A stretch of 64,000 nt of DNA, from positions 76,280 to 140,279 of the forward strand of contig DAOTXR010000037.1 in assembly GCA_034435375.1 (NCBI GenBank), in the 5' to 3' direction. Both the position numbers and the translations under genes were made by a program. This document shows positions 61,555-64,000 of the stretch, piece by piece. The first letter of the stretch is position 1; each line of letters starts with the position of its first letter. The notes below the pieces were generated by a model, which did no database searches, was not told the origin of the DNA, and was given only the letters and a program-made list of their open reading frames with translations. This stretch comes from Anaerolineae bacterium. Its GTDB lineage: Bacteria; Chloroflexota; Anaerolineae; Aggregatilineales; UBA3940.

Positions 61555-62211
61555 CTAATTCTCCACCGCCGCCTTGATGGCGTCCAGCAACATGATCTCC
61601 GGAACAGCCCCCTCGACGAATTCCGTCTCGTTGATCACGGTGCGTGGGACCCCCATGACATTATATTTCATCGCCAGGTACGGGAACTCGGTCGCCTCCA
61701 CCATGTCGGCGCGGATGTGCTCGCTGGCAATGGCCAGCGCGTGAGCCATCACCACCGCACGCGGGCAGTATGGGCAGGTCGGCGTGACAAATACCTGTAG
61801 ATGAATGTCTTTGTCAAGTGTCTTCAGGAAAGCCTGCGTCTCTGGGCTAAGCGATACGGCTTCAGGCCCGTCACCTACCGCTTTGATGTCATGCAGCAGC
61901 GAGCTGAACTCGTAACCTGATGGGATGCCGTAGTAGCGCACGCCGAAGTCGTGGCCGTTGCCGTCCAAAATGGCGATGGCCGGAATCTTGTCGATGGCGT
62001 AGCTCTGAGCTTTGTCCTTGTCCTGGATGAGATCGTACACCTCCACCGTGATCTGTTCAGACAGCCCGGCGATCTCCTCGACGATCTGCCGTGTCTCTCG
62101 GCAGTACTGACATTCGAATTCCTGTGTGAACACAACCAGCTTCACCGACCCAGCCATGTCCTCCAGGAGCGCCTTCACATCCTTGCGCGTTCGCTCATCC
62201 AACAGCGACAT
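61555..62211 (-). CDS. Glutaredoxin-like protein disulfide oxidoreductase (two thioredoxin-fold units, PDO type)
   Basis: Two CxxC sites are present (CQYC and CPYC) in tandem thioredoxin-fold halves. Length is 218 aa. Confidence 0.85.
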   Translation of the reverse strand: MSLLDERTRKDVKALLEDMAGSVKLVVFTQEFECQYCRETRQIVEEIAGLSEQITVEVYDLIQDKDKAQSYAIDKIPAIAILDGNGHDFGVRYYGIPSGYEFSSLLHDIKAVGDGPEAVSLSPETQAFLKTLDKDIHLQVFVTPTCPYCPRAVVMAHALAIASEHIRADMVEATEFPYLAMKYNVMGVPRTVINETEFVEGAVPEIMLLDAIKAAVEN

Positions 62212-62361
62212 GCTCTATCTCCCTCTATGAAAACGTAAGTTTGGTCGTCTGTCTCACTGCTCTATTGGATGCAGTGCTGGGCGGCAGGTTGCACAATAGG
62301 CGACACCTGGGGCATGCGCCGTGAGGATCGAATATGCGACAGCCGGAGGTTCAGTGGAGGA

Positions 62362-63594
62362 TCACGGCTTGCTCAGCAGCATCATCGCCAACAGTGCATA
62401 GATGGATGCTGCCTCAGCTACGTCGTTTAGTACGATGTGTTCTTCAGTGGTGTGAGCATACTCAGGATTGCCAGGCCCAAACCCAACCGTTGGAATGCCT
62501 GCCACACCCATGCTATACACGCCGTCAGTTGAGAACGCCCACCGCCCCACACTCGGCGACTGGCCGCGCACGGCGCGCACCGCTGTTGCTATGGCCCGGA
62601 TCAGCAGGTGATTCTCCTCCAGCGCCCAGGCATTGAAAGCTTCACGTGTGGAGAACATGTAACCGGCGTAAGACTGGGCGCAATATTCGGCTACCTCCAC
62701 CTGGGCGCGGATTCCCTCCCGCTCGATGATGCTCTCGATCTGCGCCTGGGCGCGTGTCGGCGTCTCGCCAAGCGTCAGGCGACGGTCCACGTAAAACGTG
62801 CACGAGTCGGGAATAGCGTTAAGGCTAGGCGCCTGGCTCTCGATGTGCGTGACGGCAATGGTACCCGGTCCCAGGAAGGGATCGCTTGGCAGGTCGGCTG
62901 AAAGCAGGTCGATTCCGAAGATCAACCGTGAGGCGGCCAGAATGGCGTTCTCGCCCAGGTCAGGGCAGGCTCCATGGCTGCTCTTGCCGTGGACTGTCAC
63001 CTTGAACAGCACACGCCCTCGATGCCCGCGCTTGATCTGCATGGCGCTTGGCTCCCCCAGGATCACCCAATCGGGCCGGATACCACTCTCTTCAACCACG
63101 ATCTTGAGGGCACAGCCTTCACAGGGTTCCTCCTGCACCACAAACGCCAGAATCAGCGTGCCATGCAGCTCAGCTTTGCTCTCCACCAACTGACGGGCGG
63201 CATAGACCATAGCGGCCAATGATCCCTTCATGTCACACGAGCCTAGGCCATACAGCACGCCATTCTGGATGACGCCCGCATAAGGATCGTGTGGCCAGTC
63301 CCTGCCGGTCGCAGCGACGGTGTCCATGTGGCCATCGTACAGCAAAGTAGGGCCATCTCCATTGCCCAGCCGTGCGATCACACTCCCGGCCCGATCCACC
63401 GTCACGTCACTGATGCCGAAGCTGCGAAGTTGCGTCTCGACCAGCCTGGCGACCTCTGCCTCGCAGGTCGGGTGGCTGGGCGTCTGAACGAGGCGCTGCA
63501 AAAAGCTCTCCATCTCGGCACGTTCATCGGGGTCGAGCGCCAGCCCGACCTCAGATACAGACTTGGGTATAGGGAACAGGGGTGCAGTGGGCAT
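62362..63594 (-). CDS. M20-family metallopeptidase (ArgE/DapE/YgeY-like deacylase)
   Basis: M20 motifs are LLYDGHMDTV and FVVQEEPCEG, with a dimerisation-domain pattern. It starts 2 nt after the stop of the upstream sugar transferase. Confidence 0.85.
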   Translation of the reverse strand: MPTAPLFPIPKSVSEVGLALDPDERAEMESFLQRLVQTPSHPTCEAEVARLVETQLRSFGISDVTVDRAGSVIARLGNGDGPTLLYDGHMDTVAATGRDWPHDPYAGVIQNGVLYGLGSCDMKGSLAAMVYAARQLVESKAELHGTLILAFVVQEEPCEGCALKIVVEESGIRPDWVILGEPSAMQIKRGHRGRVLFKVTVHGKSSHGACPDLGENAILAASRLIFGIDLLSADLPSDPFLGPGTIAVTHIESQAPSLNAIPDSCTFYVDRRLTLGETPTRAQAQIESIIEREGIRAQVEVAEYCAQSYAGYMFSTREAFNAWALEENHLLIRAIATAVRAVRGQSPSVGRWAFSTDGVYSMGVAGIPTVGFGPGNPEYAHTTEEHIVLNDVAEAASIYALLAMMLLSKP

Positions 63595-63596
63595 GA

Positions 63597-64000
63597 TCAG
63601 TATGCTCCATTACCGACGATCAGGTGGGGAATGGTTTGCAACATGATGCGAAAGTCAAGTTCGAGGGACCAGTTCTCGATGTAAAAAATGTCAAGCAGAC
63701 ACATCTCATCAAATGGCACATCGCTGCGCCCGCTGACCTGCCATAGACCGGTAATGCCCGGCAGTACACTCAGCCGCTTACGCTGCCAGGGAGCATACTG
63801 CGCAACCTCGTCTGGCGTGTTTGGGCGTGGCCCAATCCAGCTCATCTCACCACGCAGGACATTGATGATCTGTGGCAGCTCGTCGATGCTGGTCCGTCGT
63901 AGGAAGCGCCCCACGCGCGTCATGCGTGGATCATCCGGCACTTTCAGCAGAATGTTATCCTTGAATTTGTTCAGGTGGGTCACTGCGTCTTTCATCTGTT
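63597..64000 (-). CDS. Bacterial sugar transferase (polyprenyl-phosphate hexose-1-phosphate transferase, WbaP/PglC-type), C-terminal part; 5' end beyond the window
   Basis: Conserved motifs are [41 protein letters not shown] and [10 protein letters not shown]. Confidence 0.88.
   Translation of the reverse strand, partial: QMKDAVTHLNKFKDNILLKVPDDPRMTRVGRFLRRTSIDELPQIINVLRGEMSWIGPRPNTPDEVAQYAPWQRKRLSVLPGITGLWQVSGRSDVPFDEMCLLDIFYIENWSLELDFRIMLQTIPHLIVGNGAY

Noticed and set aside
62362-63594. The M20 peptidase could be the argE (acetylornithine deacetylase) of the arg pathway.
   Set aside because: It lies 25 kb from the arg operon, and ArgJ makes ArgE unnecessary. It is translationally adjacent to a sugar transferase. 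Family membership alone cannot fix the substrate.

Overview
The window is GC-rich by eye (not computed) and looks like bacterial chromosome. I see about 53 protein-coding genes in long co-directional blocks. I found no rRNA, tRNA, CRISPR array, transposase, integrase or prophage signature. Several protein features suggest a Chloroflexota-like, possibly thermophilic host: Pro/Thr-rich linkers on exported proteins, an ArsA-HSP20 ATPase, an LppX/LprAFG lipoprotein and a PDO-type two-thioredoxin-fold oxidoreductase. That placement is inference only.

Layout:
- 1-833 (-): edge-truncated PBP1A-type gene, missing from the ORF track.
- 1130-8941: metallophosphoesterase, FGE-domain lipoprotein, ExeM/NucH-type anchored nuclease, lactate permease, SDR epimerase and a transsulfuration PLP enzyme.
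- 9143-26591 (+): a 13-gene glycan-assembly operon. It is tightly packed, with five ATGA-type or longer overlaps and two further gaps under 10 nt.
- 26678-29766: vWA lipoprotein, then a convergent LiaF-like/PspC envelope-stress pair.
- 30035-37905 (+): a leader region with an intrinsic terminator, followed by argC-argB-argD-GNAT-argJ-argG-argH.
- 37982-49976 (-): ABC exporter, orphan MalK-like ATPase, thioredoxin-like protein, HDAC-like amidohydrolase, alpha/beta hydrolase, Nfu_N protein, LppX lipoprotein, ArsA-HSP20, cysteine desulfurase-like protein and an HTH-NB-ARC-TPR STAND protein.
- 50133-51880 (+): a deoxynucleoside kinase-MazG fusion plus a second deoxynucleoside kinase.
- 51993-56993 (-): YdiJ-like FAD/Fe-S dehydrogenase, class V aminotransferase and omega-amidase-like nitrilase.
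- 57134-64000: mixed housekeeping and exported proteins, ending in an edge-truncated sugar transferase.

The least explained, most system-like element is the glycan locus. It has a GT-C membrane enzyme, a polyprenyl-phosphate-sugar-synthase-like GT2 with DUF2304, two AsnB-type amidotransferases (one with a decayed glutaminase domain) and a cytoplasmic heparinase II/III-like protein paired with an ADH/Gfo-Idh-MocA bi-domain oxidoreductase. I could not recognise a flippase, polymerase, exporter or initiating transferase in it.

Other candidates are a possible Arg-codon leader-peptide attenuator before argC, the dNK-MazG fusion, and the sigma-r4-like STAND protein.

Several ORF-track starts look over-extended. 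I give revised starts based on RBS, overlap and signal-peptide logic. All homology calls come from reading motifs in the translations; no database search was run.
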